64,000 nt of DNA. Origin: Candidatus Sulfomarinibacteraceae bacterium. Its GTDB lineage: Bacteria; Acidobacteriota; Thermoanaerobaculia; Thermoanaerobaculales; Sulfomarinibacteraceae. Position numbers and translations under genes: made by a program. The stretch spans positions 224,001 through 288,000 of the forward strand of contig CAWCLO010000004.1 of the NCBI GenBank assembly GCA_963796455.1. The letters are read 5' to 3'. Shown piece after piece: positions 60,740 through 64,000 of this stretch. A model generated the notes under the pieces. It saw only the letters and a list, made by a program, of their open reading frames with translations. It was not told the DNA's origin and searched no databases. Each line of letters begins with the position of its first letter. The first letter of the stretch is position 1.

Positions 60740-62095
60740 AAACCACCAAGACACCAAGGAGTCACACCAAGAAAACCACGGAGGCACGGAGACACAGAGA
60801 GAGAACGCCCGCAGATCACGCAGATGGACGCAGATCCATCGCAACACGAACCGCCGCAAACACGAAGACACAAAGACACCAAGGAGCCACACCAAGAAAA
60901 CCACGGAGGCACGGAGACACAGAGAGAGAGAACGCCCGCAGATCACGCAGATGGACGCAGATTGATCATCGCTATCGCTATCGCTATCGCTATCGCTATC
61001 GACTGGAGACGAACCGGAATTACCCACAGATGGACCCAGAGACAGCCACGAACGTCGCAACCACGAAGACACAAAGACACGAAGGAGTCACACCAAGAAA
61101 ACCACGGAGGCACGGAGACACAGAGAGGGAACACAGAGAGCTGGCGCAAAGGCCCACAGAACAAACAGAAAAACACAGAAGCCATCGCAAAGGCACGACC
61201 GGAGTGCAGCCGGGACGGCTGCACCACCATGGTGGTGCACGCGTCTCGCGTGCACATGGTTGAGCCGCAAAGAACGCAAAGCGCAAAGACGCCAAGGCGC
61301 GGTTGGCGAATTGTGCGAGGGTGCCGTCAGTGTCGGCAGATCGACAGACGATCTCCGATCGCCCGTCGCCGGTGAGAAGCGGGGAGACTCCGACCGCCAG
61401 CGCTCGGAGTCACCCCGCTTCCCACCGCCCGGCACGCCTCCGGCATGCGGTTCTGCCTTGCATCGGTGACATCCTGCCTTGATTGAAGGAAAGGGGAGGA
61501 GGGCGGCGAGACCTGCGCGACTGCGCAGGCCGCTGGGTCAGGAAACCACGACGAAAGCTTGTTTTCGGGGTGGTTTCCTGACCCAGCGGTACCTGGCCGC
61601 CCTTGGCGGCCAGGATCTCGCCGGGCGGAGGCTTCTCACGGGAAGTCCTCTGCGTCTCCGCGACTCTGCGCCTCTGCGTTTCAATACACTTTTGGCGATA
61701 TGGATCCAGCAGCTCGGTTGCCATTGCGCCTTGGCGTCTTTGCGCCTTTGCGTTGAAGACCCCTACGCTGACGCCGTTCGACTCCAGAGATGGCCGATGT
61801 CTTCGCAATCAGGCTGTCATCTGCGTCTATCTGCGTGATCTGCGGGCTACTCGCGCTGTGTTGCGATGGTTTCTGTGTTTTTCTGTGTGTTCTGTGGGTC
61901 CGGTTTCGTCGCTCCGCGGCTACGCCGTGACAAACGCCTTGGTGGCGCCTTTGCGTTAAAAAACCCCTACGCTGACGCCGTTCGACTCCAGAGATGGCCG
62001 ATGCCTTCTCAATCAGGCTGTCATCTGCGTCTATCTGCGTGATCTGCGGTTTTGCGATGGCGCCGTGTTGCCTTCGTGGTTGCGACGGCCCGACT
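60740..62095. repeat. ~1.35-kb non-coding mosaic of nested inverted repeats
   Basis: ACCACGGAGGCACGGAGACACAGAG x3, CCCGCAGATCACGCAGATGGACGCAGAT x2 and (ATCGCT)x5 on the left; reverse-complement modules on the right. Confidence 0.9.
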
Positions 62096-62101
62096 CGGTG
62101 C

Positions 62102-63784
<1,683 letters not shown>

Positions 63785-63916
63785 ACGGCATAGTGTACTT
63801 CAGACGCGACCAACCCGAATTGCAGACACCGGGCTGACGCCGCAGTGTGACTTTCGGCTGTGGACCGGCACTGCTAATCTTCACCGCCTCGAGATTGAGT
63901 GAGGGAACAAAGCCTG

Positions 63917-64000
63917 ATGACAAAACGGATCGGTATTTTTGGTTGGGGGGTCGTGGCCCCGAGATCTCCAGACATCGAGACCTTTGAAACGAATCTGCGC
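63917..64000 (+). CDS. Partial gene, beta-ketoacyl synthase-like N-terminus (runs off window)
   Basis: MTKRIGIFGWGVVAPRSPDIETFETNL; GAGGG RBS. Confidence 0.55.
   Translation, partial: MTKRIGIFGWGVVAPRSPDIETFETNLR

Overview
GC-rich bacterial DNA, probably Acidobacteriota/Thermoanaerobaculia-like (inferred from gene content and the C-terminal xFxxGFE(S/T)G..W tails). It holds about 45 genes, dominated by secreted peptidases/hydrolases, membrane and outer-membrane proteins and redox proteins, plus ettA. I found no rRNA, tRNA, CRISPR array, transposase or reverse transcriptase. The intergenic DNA is the most unusual part. (1) An 817-bp element (392-1208) has terminal inverted repeats and a 9-bp flanking duplication. 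It carries only a four-helix-bundle (23S rRNA IVP/Avd-like) gene whose ribosome-binding site is locked in a 20-bp hairpin. A gene-less 455-bp sibling (58129-58583) has its own 9-bp duplication, and two fragments lie elsewhere. (2) A ~1.35-kb non-coding mirror-symmetric repeat mosaic (60740-62095) has a sister copy at the window start. (3) There are modular cassettes of 7-8-mer tandem arrays plus GTCATCCTGAG palindromes, and a GTGG-type REP family with covarying stems. A peroxiredoxin-glutaredoxin fusion has an in-frame TGA exactly at the peroxidatic Cys position, so it is probably a selenoprotein. Four genes have single-base frameshifts near homopolymers, most likely assembly errors.
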